Shown piece by piece: positions 50,333 through 61,486 of a stretch of DNA of 64,000 bases; within the stretch, counting starts at the first letter, position 1; every line of letters begins with the position of its first letter. The translations under genes and the position numbers were made by a program. The notes under the pieces are model-generated. The model saw only the letters and a program-made list of their open reading frames with translations. It did not search any database and had not been told where the DNA came from. Location: assembly GCA_045578525.1 (NCBI GenBank), contig JAZNKL010000006.1, forward strand, positions 3,419 through 67,418, read 5' to 3'. The stretch comes from Candidatus Nanosyncoccus sp. Lineage in GTDB: Bacteria > Patescibacteriota > Saccharimonadia > Saccharimonadales > Saccharimonadaceae.

Positions 50333-50947
50333 ATGGAATCTTTGAGTGATGGCGAGAGAAAAGCTGTGATTATAACTAGGTTGCTTTCTGTAGCGGCAAT
50401 TATTTCCGTCTTCGCTGTGGCTACATCAATCAAAAAACCAGTTCAAAATGTTATTTCTAACGATGCCGAACTACTCAAAGTAGCGTTCTTAAATGATTTT
50501 TCTAATACCGATTCTAGCGACGAAGTCATTGCAAAAGATGATGATCCAGAAGTCCCAGTAACTGCTTTGCCTGACGAGCAGAAAGGAAACGACGAATCTA
50601 AAGAGAACAAATCCGCCGAGACTGAGACAAAAATGGAAACTGAAGCAAAAGTGGAAACTAGAGAGAATGCGCCGTCATATACTAGAACTTACACTCCGGC
50701 TGCACGTCAGGTTCAAGCTACAACTTCTACTGCTAATACTACCACTAGCGAAACTCCAAATCCAAATTACCCTTCAAATTATGATGCTGGTTCTCCTTAT
50801 GCTGGACAAGTTTACGTTGATGGTGGTGAAGCGCCAGAGCTTCATAATCCAACTTATTACGAAATACCCGGTGGCAATCCTAATGTGGTTGTAGAGTCAG
50901 AGGAACCAGCTCTAGTTATCTCACAAGACCCAGAAACTAAAGAATGA
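50333..50947 (+). CDS. Membrane-anchored low-complexity hypothetical protein
   Basis: N-terminal TM; Glu/Thr/Pro-rich; TATAAT-6-ATG. Confidence 0.7.
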   Translation: MESLSDGERKAVIITRLLSVAAIISVFAVATSIKKPVQNVISNDAELLKVAFLNDFSNTDSSDEVIAKDDDPEVPVTALPDEQKGNDESKENKSAETETKMETEAKVETRENAPSYTRTYTPAARQVQATTSTANTTTSETPNPNYPSNYDAGSPYAGQVYVDGGEAPELHNPTYYEIPGGNPNVVVESEEPALVISQDPETKE

Positions 50948-50989
50948 TTGCAATAAAATGAGACCACTAGGGTCTCTTTTTATACAACT

Positions 50990-51064
50990 TGGCTCCCCGG
51001 ACTGGACTCGAACCAGTAACCTCGAAGTTAACAGCTTCTTGCTCCACCATTGAGCTACCGGGGA
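50990..51064 (-). tRNA. tRNA-Asn(GTT)
   Basis: GAAG-CT-GTT-AA-CTTC; G73; CCA. Confidence 0.96.
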
Positions 51065-51197
51065 ATAAGAACCTGTTGTATATGGTATATTATACACCCT
51101 GGTTCCGAATCTTGCAAGGATTTTCCGTTTCTTCATGAAAGAGTAATCTGATTATTACTCAAGAAAAAGGGCGCACTAAAGCGCCCAAGGCCAAATA

Positions 51198-51434
51198 TTA
51201 GCCATGCCCGAAATAGTTCCCATCCGAGTCCCTGCCGATATGATAATGACCGTTAGGACCATCTGATGGTCCAAACATCTCCCAGCTTCCGTCAGGGTTT
51301 GATTTGATTAAGCCACCGTCATCGCCTCTACCGATTTCCTTACCTTCCATTGTGTCGAGAAGAAGATCCTCTATTTCACGATTAGCTTCTCTAGAGCTTT
51401 CAAATGATCCGTTCCATTCTCTATTGCTTCCCAT
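51198..51434 (-). CDS. Small Gly/Asp-rich hypothetical protein
   Basis: AAGGAGGTG SD; own promoter; terminator ggcgcactaaagcgcc. Confidence 0.7.
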   Translation of the reverse strand: MGSNREWNGSFESSREANREIEDLLLDTMEGKEIGRGDDGGLIKSNPDGSWEMFGPSDGPNGHYHIGRDSDGNYFGHG

Positions 51435-51559
51435 AATAACACCTCCTTACAATAGAAATATAAAATTGGTTTTCGGGTAACTATATTATACCATAAAATT
51501 AAAAAACACACAAGTATTAAAATAAGGCCAGTTATCTGGCCTTATTTTGTCCAGCGATT

Positions 51560-52624
51560 TTACGCTACAGTTAAAGAGATCTTGCGGCCTTCACGATCAA
51601 TATCTAGAACTTTAAATTCTTTGCGTTCGTTCAAAGTAAAGACCTTTTCAGGATCGACATCATTGCCATCACCGAGTTCGGAAACGTGAACTAGAGCTTC
51701 TACGGCTGGAGAAATCTGAACAAAAGCACCAAATGGAGTAATACGGGTAACAGTTCCCTCAACTTTACTACCTTTCTTTAGGCTTTCTACTTCAGACAAC
51801 CATGGGTCTTCTTTGAGCTGTTTCATAGAGAGGCTGAGACGCTCCTTATCGATCGCGATGATCTTCGCTTCGATGGTATCACCAGGTTTAACATAGTCAG
51901 CAGGATTATTAACACGTTCCCAGGAGATTTCGGAAATGTGAATTAAGCCTTCGATGCCGTCTACATTTACGAATACACCGAAGTCTACTACGCCAGTAAC
52001 CAAACCTTTAACAACGTCACCAACTTTCATCTCAGAGAAACGTGCAGAAAGTGCGTCTTTGACAGCTTCTTTTTCGGAGAAGATAAGCTTGTTATCTTTC
52101 TTAGAAGCATCGAGAATACGAACTTTGATTGCTTTACCGACTAGAGAGTTTAGTCTTTGTAAGATTTCATCTTTATCAGCAGAACCAACACGTGGATAGT
52201 GCTCTGCAGATAGTTGAGAAACTGGTAAGAACCCGCGGATACCTTCATACTCTACAAGGAGGCCTCCACGATTAGCATCAAATGGGGTGATTTCGACGAT
52301 TTCACCAGCTTCAAGCTTAGCGGAAATTTCGTCCCAACCCTTATCTTTGACAGCCTTACGCATAGAAAGAAGAACCATACCGTCGTCCATCTCTGCGTCA
52401 ATAACAGAAGCGGTAACTTCTTGCCCAACTTCCATATCGCGAGAGAAAGCTGCTTCTCTTCTTGGGACCATACCAACGCCATTGGCGCCGAGGTCGACTA
52501 AAATTTCATGTTTTTTAACTGACATCACCTTTCCTTCTACGGTGTCGCCAGTTGCGATTTGTTTGACTTTGTCACCAGATTTCTCTAGCAACTCGTCCAT
52601 TGTAAGTTTTTTGGCATTTGCCAT
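51560..52624 (-). CDS. rpsA: 30S ribosomal protein bS1 (four S1 repeats)
   Basis: GFLPVSQL, VDFGVFV, GLIHISEISW, PFGAFV. Confidence 0.92.
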   Translation of the reverse strand: MANAKKLTMDELLEKSGDKVKQIATGDTVEGKVMSVKKHEILVDLGANGVGMVPRREAAFSRDMEVGQEVTASVIDAEMDDGMVLLSMRKAVKDKGWDEISAKLEAGEIVEITPFDANRGGLLVEYEGIRGFLPVSQLSAEHYPRVGSADKDEILQRLNSLVGKAIKVRILDASKKDNKLIFSEKEAVKDALSARFSEMKVGDVVKGLVTGVVDFGVFVNVDGIEGLIHISEISWERVNNPADYVKPGDTIEAKIIAIDKERLSLSMKQLKEDPWLSEVESLKKGSKVEGTVTRITPFGAFVQISPAVEALVHVSELGDGNDVDPEKVFTLNERKEFKVLDIDREGRKISLTVA

Positions 52625-52645
52625 ATAATTATTATCCTTCCTTTA

Positions 52646-52723
52646 GGCCCGTTCAAAGAAATTCTTGTAGTCTCCTATTTTTATGTCTTATGATCACACT
52701 ACAAAAATAGCTTTGAACGAGCC
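52646..52723 (-). promoter_or_regulatory. Structured 5' leader of rpsA
   Basis: 13-bp outer stem GGCTCGTTCAAAG/CTTTGAACGGGCC with competing inner stems. Confidence 0.6.
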
Positions 52724-52736
52724 CAAGATGCACTAA

Positions 52737-55625
52737 TTATAGCACGGTTTTTAGATACTGTCCAGTTGGAGTCTTGGCATCTTTGGCCAAATTTTCTGGT
52801 GTTCCCTCCGCAATAACTGTACCGCCATTTGCACCGCCTTCTGGCCCCATATCAATAATCCAGTCAGCAGATTTAATAACATGAAGATTGTGTTCAATAA
52901 TAATCATCGAGTTGCCACCATCAACTAGCTTATTTAAGATGCTGAGAAGTTTTTTAACGTCTGCTGTGTGTAAACCAGTAGTTGGCTCGTCAAGAATATA
53001 GAGCGTTTTACCAGTGCTTCTACGTGAAAGCTCAGTTGCTAGTTTAATGCGTTGCGCCTCTCCACCGGAAAAAGTGGTAGCTGGTTGACCTAACCTGATA
53101 TAGCCAAGACCCACTTCTTGAATGGTTTTTAGTTTTGGAGCAATTGATGGAATGTTCTCAAAAAACTCTACCGCTTCATCGATAGTCATATCTAGTACGT
53201 CGGCAATACTCTTGCCTTTATATTTGATTTCTAGAGCCTCGCGATTATAGCGTTTGCCGTGACAGGCAGGACAGGTCACATAAACATCCGGCAAAAAATG
53301 CATTTCAATTTTGTTAACGCCATCACCCTGGCAAGTTTCGCATCTACCACCACGAATGTTGAAAGAAAACCTGCCGGCTTTATAGCCACGTATTTCGGCT
53401 TCTGGTTGGTGCGCAAATAGTTCACGAATCTGATTAAACACACCAGTATAAGTTGCAGGGTTTGAACGTGGTGTACGGCCGATTGGTGACTGGTCAATTA
53501 CGATGCATTTATCGAGGTACTCTATGCCCTCAATCTTTTCGTGAGCTCCTGGAACGGTTTGTGCGCGATGAAGGCGAGCGAGCAGTTCATTTGCCAAAAT
53601 ATCATTTACGAGCGTAGATTTTCCAGAGCCGGAAACGCCAGAAACTACAGTCATTACGCCAAGCGGGAATTTAACATTAATATTTTTAAGATTATTTTCA
53701 CGAGCACCGATCACTTCAAGGTATTCTGGACTACGGTTGGTGTCGGTCTTTACTGTGCGGCGGCGTTTTGGAGTTTCAATCTTTAGTTCTCCTGACAAAT
53801 ACTTGCCAGTAATGGAACTCTTGTTTTTCATTATTTCTTCTGGCGTCCCACATGCTACAACCTGACCGCCATTGACGCCAGCGCCTGGTCCAATATCTAC
53901 AATATAGTCAGAACTAAGCATGGTGTCTTCATCATGTTCAACAACAAGAACGGTATTTTTTAGATCCCTTAAGTGTTTTAGAGTGGCAATCAATTTGTCA
54001 TTATCACGTTGGTGAAGTCCAATCGATGGTTCATCAAGAACGTATAAAACGCCTTGTAGGCCAGAGCCAATTTGCGTAGCGAGACGAATACGTTGAGCTT
54101 CGCCACCACTCAAAGTATTGGCCGCACGCCCAAGTTCAAGATAACCTAGGCCAACATCCTGCATGAATTTCACGCGCTCTCTAATTTCCTTTAGAATCGG
54201 ATCAGCAATTTGGTGTTCTGCTTCAGTGAATTCTAGGTCTTTATCTAGAACTTCTAGCGTAGTATCAACATCCATATTGCACATATCAACAATGTTCAAA
54301 TTATGGATTGTCACCGCGAGTACCACAGGCTTAAGCCTTGCACCGTGGCAAGTCTGACACTCTTTTAATCTCATAAATCGTTCAATATCTTTTCTAATAA
54401 AGTCAGAGTCAGTCTCACGATGTCTTCGTTCCAAAGTCGGAATTACGCCTTCGTAGGTAGATTCGTAAACTGTGCCTTCAGAAAATTTTCCTGTACCTGC
54501 GATTCTTACCTTGTATTTTTCCGAGCCTGTGCCGTAAAGAATTTTATGTCTTGCGTCTTCCGACAATTCACGGATTGGCGTATGAATACTAAATCCCTGT
54601 TTCTTACCCACCGCGTCAAGGCGTTTTAGCCACCATGAATCTTGGCTCACGCGATTGAATGGGCGAATACCACCCTCAGCGATAGTAAGATTTTCATTAA
54701 AGACTAGGCTTGGGTCAATTTCCATACGTGTACCAAGTCCAGTACACGTTGGACAAGCGCCTTGTGGAGCATTAAAAGAAAAGAGTCTTGGCTCGAGTTC
54801 TGGAATGAGTTCGTCAGGATGATTTGGACAAGCGTAACGCTGAGAGAAAGTAATAATATTAGTATTTTCATCAGTGATAGTCTTATTGTCAACGGCAGTA
54901 GAATTATCCGTAATTTTAAGAAGATTAATAATTCCCTGTCCGAGTTCTAATGCTTGCTCAATTGAGCTAGCAATACGTGCCCTCAAATCTAGGCTCAAGA
55001 TGAAACGATCCACTACGATTTCAATATCATGGCGTTCTTGTTTCTCTAGTTCCGGGAATTCGTCTAATGCATAAATGATTCCATCTACACGCACGCGCGA
55101 AAAACCTTTGGCGAGATATTGCTCGGAAACGTGCTGAAACTCCCCTTTCTTTTGCTGGACGATTGGAGCGAGTAACATGAGTTTTGAGCCAAGTGGCAAT
55201 TTCATTACTTCGTTTACAATATCTTCAGTAGTGCGCCTTGAGACTTCACTGTGGCAAATTGGACAATGTGGAACGCCAACTCGTGCAAAAAGAAGCCTTA
55301 GATAGTCAAATACTTCTGTGACCGTAGCGACAGTGGAACGAGGATTTCTGCTAGTAGATTTTTGATCGATAGAAATAGCGGGGCTTAAACCAGTGATCGT
55401 ATCAACATCTGGCTTGTCCATTACGCCAAGGAACATTCTGGCATATGAACTTAGAGATTCTACATATCTTCTCTGGCCTTCCGCATAAATCGTATCAAAA
55501 GCTAAACTTGATTTTCCAGAACCAGAAAGTCCGGTTAAAACTACAAGCTTGTCACGGGGGATATCGACATCTATATTTTTTAGATTGTGCTGTCTAGCAC
55601 CACGTATTTTAATCGCATTTTCCAT
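52737..55625 (-). CDS. uvrA: Excinuclease UvrA
   Basis: Two ABC ATPase domains ([24 protein letters not shown]) and zinc fingers. Confidence 0.97.
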   Translation of the reverse strand: MENAIKIRGARQHNLKNIDVDIPRDKLVVLTGLSGSGKSSLAFDTIYAEGQRRYVESLSSYARMFLGVMDKPDVDTITGLSPAISIDQKSTSRNPRSTVATVTEVFDYLRLLFARVGVPHCPICHSEVSRRTTEDIVNEVMKLPLGSKLMLLAPIVQQKKGEFQHVSEQYLAKGFSRVRVDGIIYALDEFPELEKQERHDIEIVVDRFILSLDLRARIASSIEQALELGQGIINLLKITDNSTAVDNKTITDENTNIITFSQRYACPNHPDELIPELEPRLFSFNAPQGACPTCTGLGTRMEIDPSLVFNENLTIAEGGIRPFNRVSQDSWWLKRLDAVGKKQGFSIHTPIRELSEDARHKILYGTGSEKYKVRIAGTGKFSEGTVYESTYEGVIPTLERRHRETDSDFIRKDIERFMRLKECQTCHGARLKPVVLAVTIHNLNIVDMCNMDVDTTLEVLDKDLEFTEAEHQIADPILKEIRERVKFMQDVGLGYLELGRAANTLSGGEAQRIRLATQIGSGLQGVLYVLDEPSIGLHQRDNDKLIATLKHLRDLKNTVLVVEHDEDTMLSSDYIVDIGPGAGVNGGQVVACGTPEEIMKNKSSITGKYLSGELKIETPKRRRTVKTDTNRSPEYLEVIGARENNLKNINVKFPLGVMTVVSGVSGSGKSTLVNDILANELLARLHRAQTVPGAHEKIEGIEYLDKCIVIDQSPIGRTPRSNPATYTGVFNQIRELFAHQPEAEIRGYKAGRFSFNIRGGRCETCQGDGVNKIEMHFLPDVYVTCPACHGKRYNREALEIKYKGKSIADVLDMTIDEAVEFFENIPSIAPKLKTIQEVGLGYIRLGQPATTFSGGEAQRIKLATELSRRSTGKTLYILDEPTTGLHTADVKKLLSILNKLVDGGNSMIIIEHNLHVIKSADWIIDMGPEGGANGGTVIAEGTPENLAKDAKTPTGQYLKTVL

Positions 55626-55673
55626 AATTAGCGGTTATATATTATATATGAAAAACATTAAAAAGTCTAGAGG

Positions 55674-55799
55674 CTAGAGATTGCCTTTAGTTCGCATTTC
55701 ATAGACAAGACGCTCCTGATCATGATTTGAGGCGTCAGTTTTACCAGCTATTTCACCAAATTCGGACTTCTGCCCTGCAGATTCATATGTTTCATTCAT
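55674..55799 (-). CDS. 41-aa small ORF (below the ORF track cutoff)
   Basis: AAGGAG SD; [41 protein letters not shown]. Confidence 0.45.
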   Translation of the reverse strand: MNETYESAGQKSEFGEIAGKTDASNHDQERLVYEMRTKGNL

Positions 55800-55811
55800 T
55801 TTTTCTCCTTT

Positions 55812-57335
55812 TTAATAATCATTGGGCTGAAGGTTTTGATACCAAAGCATTAGCTCCTCTAGAATGTATGGATCAATTTTTTGTCCATATTCTGTAGCGT
55901 CATAACCAGCATCGAGCCTCGCTTGTAAGCCTTCCATTTCTTTTTGGAAATTTGGCAGCTGACGGTTTAAACGATTCAATCGATATTCCTCCCATTTTTT
56001 TGTCTCTGTTTCAGAAAGACTAGTTGGATAATTTTTCGCCTTATAATGAAGAAGTAAATCCGGCAAACGTTCGTCGCTAAAATCTGGATGAAAGTCAGCA
56101 AGGCGATTTGCGTCTGCATTCCTCACGGCATTGCACTTCACACTATCTTGCTCGGAAAGAAATCCGTCATAAAGAGCAGATTCTGGGTCAACTGGCTCTT
56201 TGTATTCTGGACGGTTTTCGTATTTTTCACGCATCATTTCAGCAAACTCTGGATGAGCAAGTAAGCTCCCTAAGTTCTTGTCAATTTGTTCTTTCGTAAG
56301 CTCGACGTGTTCCCAACCGGTCTTATTATCTGATATACCATCTAAAACCCCAATTGGGGCAACCGCCGGACATTTGTTTAGGCTTAATTCTTTTACGATT
56401 GGATAAAATGATTTCGCTTGTGGTTCATTTGATTTTACTTGTGCTAAATTTGAATTCGTTTGTGGTTTATTTGATTCCGATTGTGCTAAATTTGATTCTT
56501 CTTGCGCTAATAAATCATCTAAATTGTAACGCAAGTCAAACACGAGGACGTTTCCATTCCTACCAGCCGTAAGTGGAAATGCTACCGTAGTTTTGTTATA
56601 TTTACCTGGATATCGACCGCAAGCATATACAAACGGTCTTTTATCGTCCAAATTAACCAGCTTAGCCACTTCGCGTTTATCGCGCATTTTGAAAAGATAT
56701 TCATATAGTTTTGGTTGATGTTTTTTGATAAGTTTTGTTACTTCTATGAGTGCAAAAACATCAGCTAGCGCATCGTGAGCATGGGTATGTTCTATACCGT
56801 TTAGTTTTGTTAGCAACTCGAGACGGTTCGTTGCCACTGTCACAGTTTTTTTCTCGCCGGTTTCCCTGTCTGCCACTTCTATTTCTTGAGTTGGCCAATT
56901 AATTCCCTCTGGTCTCAGAGCACGCGTCAGCCTAACCACGTCTAGAAGATCCCAGCGACTGCGACCATCTTTCCATTGCCAAGTGTATGGATCGTAAAAA
57001 TTTCTCCACAGACAATGGCGCATGAATTCATCATCAAAGCGCACAGAATTATAACCAACAGCACAAGTATCGTCTGTAAATAATTCTTCAGTTACATATT
57101 TGCAGAACTCAGCTTCACTCAGACCATCGGACAAAGTATCTTGTGGGGTGATTTTAGTAACTAAAATCGCACCAGGGCTTGGGAGTGTATCGTCTGACAT
57201 TTTTACTAACAAATTAATTGGCTCGCCAATTGGTTCTAGATTCATGTCGGTTCTTTGACCAGCAAACTGCATAATGCGGTCTTCGCACGGACTCAAACCA
57301 GACGTTTCTAAATCGTAGAAAAAGAATGATTTCAT
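55812..57335 (-). CDS. sbcB: Exodeoxyribonuclease I
   Basis: YDLETSG, QFAGQRTD, GYNSVRFDDE, HAHDALADV. Confidence 0.93.
   Translation of the reverse strand: MKSFFFYDLETSGLSPCEDRIMQFAGQRTDMNLEPIGEPINLLVKMSDDTLPSPGAILVTKITPQDTLSDGLSEAEFCKYVTEELFTDDTCAVGYNSVRFDDEFMRHCLWRNFYDPYTWQWKDGRSRWDLLDVVRLTRALRPEGINWPTQEIEVADRETGEKKTVTVATNRLELLTKLNGIEHTHAHDALADVFALIEVTKLIKKHQPKLYEYLFKMRDKREVAKLVNLDDKRPFVYACGRYPGKYNKTTVAFPLTAGRNGNVLVFDLRYNLDDLLAQEESNLAQSESNKPQTNSNLAQVKSNEPQAKSFYPIVKELSLNKCPAVAPIGVLDGISDNKTGWEHVELTKEQIDKNLGSLLAHPEFAEMMREKYENRPEYKEPVDPESALYDGFLSEQDSVKCNAVRNADANRLADFHPDFSDERLPDLLLHYKAKNYPTSLSETETKKWEEYRLNRLNRQLPNFQKEMEGLQARLDAGYDATEYGQKIDPYILEELMLWYQNLQPNDY
56418..56510 (-). repeat. 42-bp tandem duplication in-frame in sbcB
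   Basis: SNLAQSESNKPQTN / SNLAQVKSNEPQAK. Confidence 0.85.
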
Positions 57336-57449
57336 AGTGTAATTATAGCATACTCTATTTTTAAACTTAATATGCTTACCTAGGCCCAGATGAAGTTTGT
57401 GGCATTTATTATTTACATGAAAAACCCCGCGAAACTCGCGGGGTTTTAC

Positions 57450-58016
57450 TTATTTTGCTGTTGGGAAGTCGATAATCTTATCGGCCTCCCTTGCGCCTTC
57501 ATTGATGTCCTCTGCCGTGAGAGTCCTAAGAGGGACTATTTCCTCGATAGGATTATCTCCATCGGAAACCTCCCACGCTGCAAGGAGTTTATCAACGTCT
57601 GTTTCCAGACTGTCGCGGTACTCCTTGCGCAGTTTTTTCTCACGTTCTATCTCATAGCGCTCGCGCGCTTTGACGAACGTAATTTCAGAAGTAAAGGCAG
57701 ATATGTAATGCAGTCCATAAAACAGGGCCACGTGCACCGTAACGATAAATAAAAATGACATCACGTACGGCGCCTCTGTCTTTAGACGGAAGAGCGGCAT
57801 CATCATTTCAGCAATCATGATGAAGCCCGCCATGAGAAAAATTGGAAAGACGGACAGTGTTATTATAAACGCGATCGCGTCAAACGCAACCTGTTTATAA
57901 TTCAATCTTGGCCTTCCATCTGCCGTTTTCGTCATATTCTTGCTGGCAAGCCAACCAAGAAAAACAGAAGAAACGATCACGGCAATGACCCATGCTACGA
58001 AATAATAATTCTTCAT
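57450..58016 (-). CDS. Membrane hypothetical protein (3 TM)
   Basis: Own TTGACT-17-TATAAT promoter (58119-58091) with 5' hairpin; CCCCGCG/CGCGGGG terminator. Confidence 0.75.
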   Translation of the reverse strand: MKNYYFVAWVIAVIVSSVFLGWLASKNMTKTADGRPRLNYKQVAFDAIAFIITLSVFPIFLMAGFIMIAEMMMPLFRLKTEAPYVMSFLFIVTVHVALFYGLHYISAFTSEITFVKARERYEIEREKKLRKEYRDSLETDVDKLLAAWEVSDGDNPIEEIVPLRTLTAEDINEGAREADKIIDFPTAK

Positions 58017-58206
58017 ATTTACACCCCCCGAGCTTTTTGCTCTATAAATACTCTGTTACTAGCCATCCCATTACGATGGCTCATATATACATTATATCAC
58101 AGAACATCAAAATAGTCAATAGTTGCTCATGCTTATTTCCAGCGGTGAAATAGAAAATAACAGAGGTAAACATATTTGATGTATTATACGATATTCTAGT
58201 AACAGA

Positions 58207-58938
58207 TTATTCGGTTACGGAAGTTCCGCTACCAGTGGTAGAAGCATTTTTGTAGGAAGAACTATTATAATAAGCCTGTACTAACTCACCATAGATATTT
58301 TCTAGATCATTATTCAGCTCAAATAATTTGTCATCAGTAACTGGCATAATTACAAATTTAAGAGGCGAATTGGTAGCGCCACATATTTCCCTACTCTCAC
58401 CGTAAGCAAGTTCACCAGGGATAGCAATTTCACGAACCCCGCCGACTTTCATACCAACTACGCCTTCATTCCAGCCTTCGATTAAGCCTTGTCCAGCGTA
58501 AATTGGAGTATTAAGCGATGTCGGATTATCTTTGTCATTGAAGGTCGAATCAAAGATAGTCTCGTCTGGACACCAACCAATATAGTAAGCAAAATAATTA
58601 AGGTCCCCAGTAGCAAGCTCTCTACCGTCACCTTCTTTAAGGTCAGTCTTTTTGACGCCTGAGTTATTAACTGCTTCAGCATTATAAGCTTTGACTTCCG
58701 AACGGAAGCTATTCATGGTATCAAAATATTTATCAGACATTGTCTTACCGTATTCGTTGATTTCTACTTGTTTTGCAGTGTAATCATCTTGTAACTTAGA
58801 TAATTTAGCATCACCGGAGTTACTACTTGATAAAACAATCAGAATATATGTGGCAATAGTTGAGCCAAGAAGAAGAATAGCGATTATAGTAATCACAATG
58901 CGTTGCTTGGTGCTAGTTTTTAATGCGTTTTGATCCAT
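58207..58938 (-). CDS. FKBP-type peptidyl-prolyl isomerase, membrane-anchored
   Basis: IFDST, LIEGWNEGVVGMKVGGVREIAIPGELAYG. Confidence 0.9.
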   Translation of the reverse strand: MDQNALKTSTKQRIVITIIAILLLGSTIATYILIVLSSSNSGDAKLSKLQDDYTAKQVEINEYGKTMSDKYFDTMNSFRSEVKAYNAEAVNNSGVKKTDLKEGDGRELATGDLNYFAYYIGWCPDETIFDSTFNDKDNPTSLNTPIYAGQGLIEGWNEGVVGMKVGGVREIAIPGELAYGESREICGATNSPLKFVIMPVTDDKLFELNNDLENIYGELVQAYYNSSSYKNASTTGSGTSVTE

Positions 58939-58965
58939 ATTTACCTCCTTATTTAATAAAAATGC

Positions 58966-61485
58966 CTAGACGATTTCGGCGCCCACTTCTTTTTTAACAT
59001 TTTTCTCTACTTCTTCCATTATATCAGAGATCTCCGTATTCTCTAAGGTTTTCTTCATACTTCCAAATTCCAAATGGAAAGAAATGTTACGAGTCGTTGC
59101 ACCCTCTTCTGCTTTGTAAATTGACACTGGCGCAATATTCGTTATCAGCTCGCCGACGGCAGAGCTGCCATTACCATAAGCTGCAAAAGATTTAGCAATA
59201 GCGTCTTCTATCTTAGCAAAAGCGACATCAGTATTTACCTTAAACGTAATATCCCGTTCAACTGATGGGAATCTCGATAGTGCAGGCATCTTTACAGCTG
59301 TTGCTGGGAGCTCTTTAATCAGTCCGTCCAAGTTGATTTCGTAGGCAGCAATCGGTTGGTTAATTTTGAAACGTTTTAAGATGCTTGATTTTATCTCGCC
59401 ACAGCAAACGTGTGGAGTCTGAATCGTGGCAGAGCGAACTGATTCAAAATATGGAAAATGTCCATCATATTGATGGAAAGCCAAATCCCTAAAGCCAAGT
59501 TCAGAAAGTAGCGCCACAAGATTTGCTTTCATCGTGTAATAATCTCCAGTTGTGACAAAAGCAAGATGAGTGTAGAGTACTGGAACTTTATCATCATCGA
59601 GCTTGTAAGATTTCTTGGTGACTTGGTTAATTTCATAAACGGAGAAGTCACGGTATCCAGATTTCAAATTATCGCGCATCTTTTCGAGAAGTGACGGGAT
59701 AATACTTTGGCGGAAACATTGAAGTTCTGGAGAAATACTATTTACGATCTCGTAAGAATCGTGAGGATCTTCTCCGACGTCGCTTTGTAACTTTTTACTG
59801 ACAAAAGAATATGTAAGCAACTCGTGCGAGTCTAATTTATCCGATAGAATACTCCTTAATTTAGATTTGAGCTCAAGCATAGCATCCTCTTTTGCGCCAA
59901 TGAATGGCCGGACTGGATAGTCAATCGGGATATTATCATAGCCAAGTAAGCGTCCGACTTCTTCAATAATATCTTCTTCAATATGTAAATCAGTGCGCCA
60001 AAGTGGTGCTGTAACTCTAATACTGATTGCTGGACTATCATCACGAGCAACCTCGACTTTGAGGCCGACATTTTCGAGGGTATTTTTTACTGTAGACAAA
60101 TCATAGTTGGTGCCAAGTAATGAGTTAATTGCACGAATAGACGTATCGATAACTGATGGTCTCACTGGTTCCGGATATTCATCGGCAATCTCAGTTACAT
60201 CACCACTAAGCATCTCGCAGGCCGTCTTGAGAACTGATGCAGTTTGTTCAGCTGGTTGGCCTTTAGTGAAACGAGTAATAGCTTCTGAGAAAATTCCATG
60301 GGCCATCTGAGTTTTGCGTAAATGATAAAGTGAAAAAGTAGCTGATTCAAGGATGACTCTAGTCGTTGACTCATCAATCTCTGTATTCTTTCCACCCATA
60401 GCACCAGCAAGAGCAACCGGAACATTGTTGGAAGTGATGAGAATATCATTTTCGTTACACTTGATAGTCTTTCCGTCGAGAAGTTGCAATTCTTCCCCTT
60501 CTTTCGCAGCACGGACGATTATTGTTGGCTTGTCACTTCCGCCAGTCTTTAGAAACTTGTCATAATCAAATGCGTGCAAAGGCTGACCAGTCATCAGCAT
60601 CAAGTAGTTTGTGATATCAACAATTTTGGAAATACCATGCATACCTGCTTTTGCTAGAAAAACGTCCATTGGGGTTAAAAATCTATCATCAGAAAGGGCA
60701 TCTTTCATTTCGAGCACAGCACAAGAATAGCGTGGACAAAGATTTTGATCTTTGATCTCAATAGAAATTGACTTCGTTGCTGAGGACTCTGCTATATCAT
60801 CTTCCCAAACCTTTGTGCCCTGTTGTTCGACTGGGGCGCCTCCAAGGCGTGTCACTGATTTCGCGTTTTCTTCGTCAAATTTCTCACCGAGAATACCAGC
60901 AACTTCGCGAGCAAAACCAATTAGTCCAAATGTGTCTGGACGATGAGTGAGAGACTTATTCTCAATGTCAAGAATAATGTCATTTAAATCAAAAACCTCT
61001 GCAAAACTGTCTCCTGGCTGAATTTCTCTGGAGCCATCTGGGTATTTTTGATGAGGGTCAATTTCTACTATTCCAGAATGGTCGTCGCCAAGTGCTAATT
61101 CGTCTAGCCCTGCGAGCATGCCATGGGACTCAAAACCACGAAGTTTCCTGACGTCTAATTTGAAGTTCTCTTCGCCAAAAGTTTGCGGAACGATTGCTCC
61201 CGGAGCAAGCCAAACAGCGAACATACCAGCACGTACATTTGGTGCACCACAAACGACTTGAACTAAACCGTCTTTTGTTTCTATTTGGCATAAATGAAGA
61301 TGTGTTTCTGGAATCGCTTCACAAGATGCGACTTTGACGATGTATGCTCCCTGGTACTTTTCTGACCAGTTGATTTTCTCTTCAACTTCTACTAAACGTG
61401 AGCCAATTAATTTAACCAACTCGTCTGGTGATACTTCGGCAGCTTTGGGTACTAGTTTTTTGATTTCGTTTAGACTAATTCTCAT
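58966..61485 (-). CDS. pheT: Phenylalanyl-tRNA synthetase beta subunit
   Basis: VVCGAPN, SLTHRPD, GQPLHAFD, ESATF, FPSVERDI. Confidence 0.96.
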   Translation of the reverse strand: MRISLNEIKKLVPKAAEVSPDELVKLIGSRLVEVEEKINWSEKYQGAYIVKVASCEAIPETHLHLCQIETKDGLVQVVCGAPNVRAGMFAVWLAPGAIVPQTFGEENFKLDVRKLRGFESHGMLAGLDELALGDDHSGIVEIDPHQKYPDGSREIQPGDSFAEVFDLNDIILDIENKSLTHRPDTFGLIGFAREVAGILGEKFDEENAKSVTRLGGAPVEQQGTKVWEDDIAESSATKSISIEIKDQNLCPRYSCAVLEMKDALSDDRFLTPMDVFLAKAGMHGISKIVDITNYLMLMTGQPLHAFDYDKFLKTGGSDKPTIIVRAAKEGEELQLLDGKTIKCNENDILITSNNVPVALAGAMGGKNTEIDESTTRVILESATFSLYHLRKTQMAHGIFSEAITRFTKGQPAEQTASVLKTACEMLSGDVTEIADEYPEPVRPSVIDTSIRAINSLLGTNYDLSTVKNTLENVGLKVEVARDDSPAISIRVTAPLWRTDLHIEEDIIEEVGRLLGYDNIPIDYPVRPFIGAKEDAMLELKSKLRSILSDKLDSHELLTYSFVSKKLQSDVGEDPHDSYEIVNSISPELQCFRQSIIPSLLEKMRDNLKSGYRDFSVYEINQVTKKSYKLDDDKVPVLYTHLAFVTTGDYYTMKANLVALLSELGFRDLAFHQYDGHFPYFESVRSATIQTPHVCCGEIKSSILKRFKINQPIAAYEINLDGLIKELPATAVKMPALSRFPSVERDITFKVNTDVAFAKIEDAIAKSFAAYGNGSSAVGELITNIAPVSIYKAEEGATTRNISFHLEFGSMKKTLENTEISDIMEEVEKNVKKEVGAEIV
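60779..60855 (-). repeat. Decayed palindromic in-frame insertion in pheT (RPE-like copy 2)
   Basis: VTRLGGAPVEQQGTKVWEDDIAESSA; 53/77 nt identity to the mnmA copy. Confidence 0.8.
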
Positions 61486-61486
61486 A

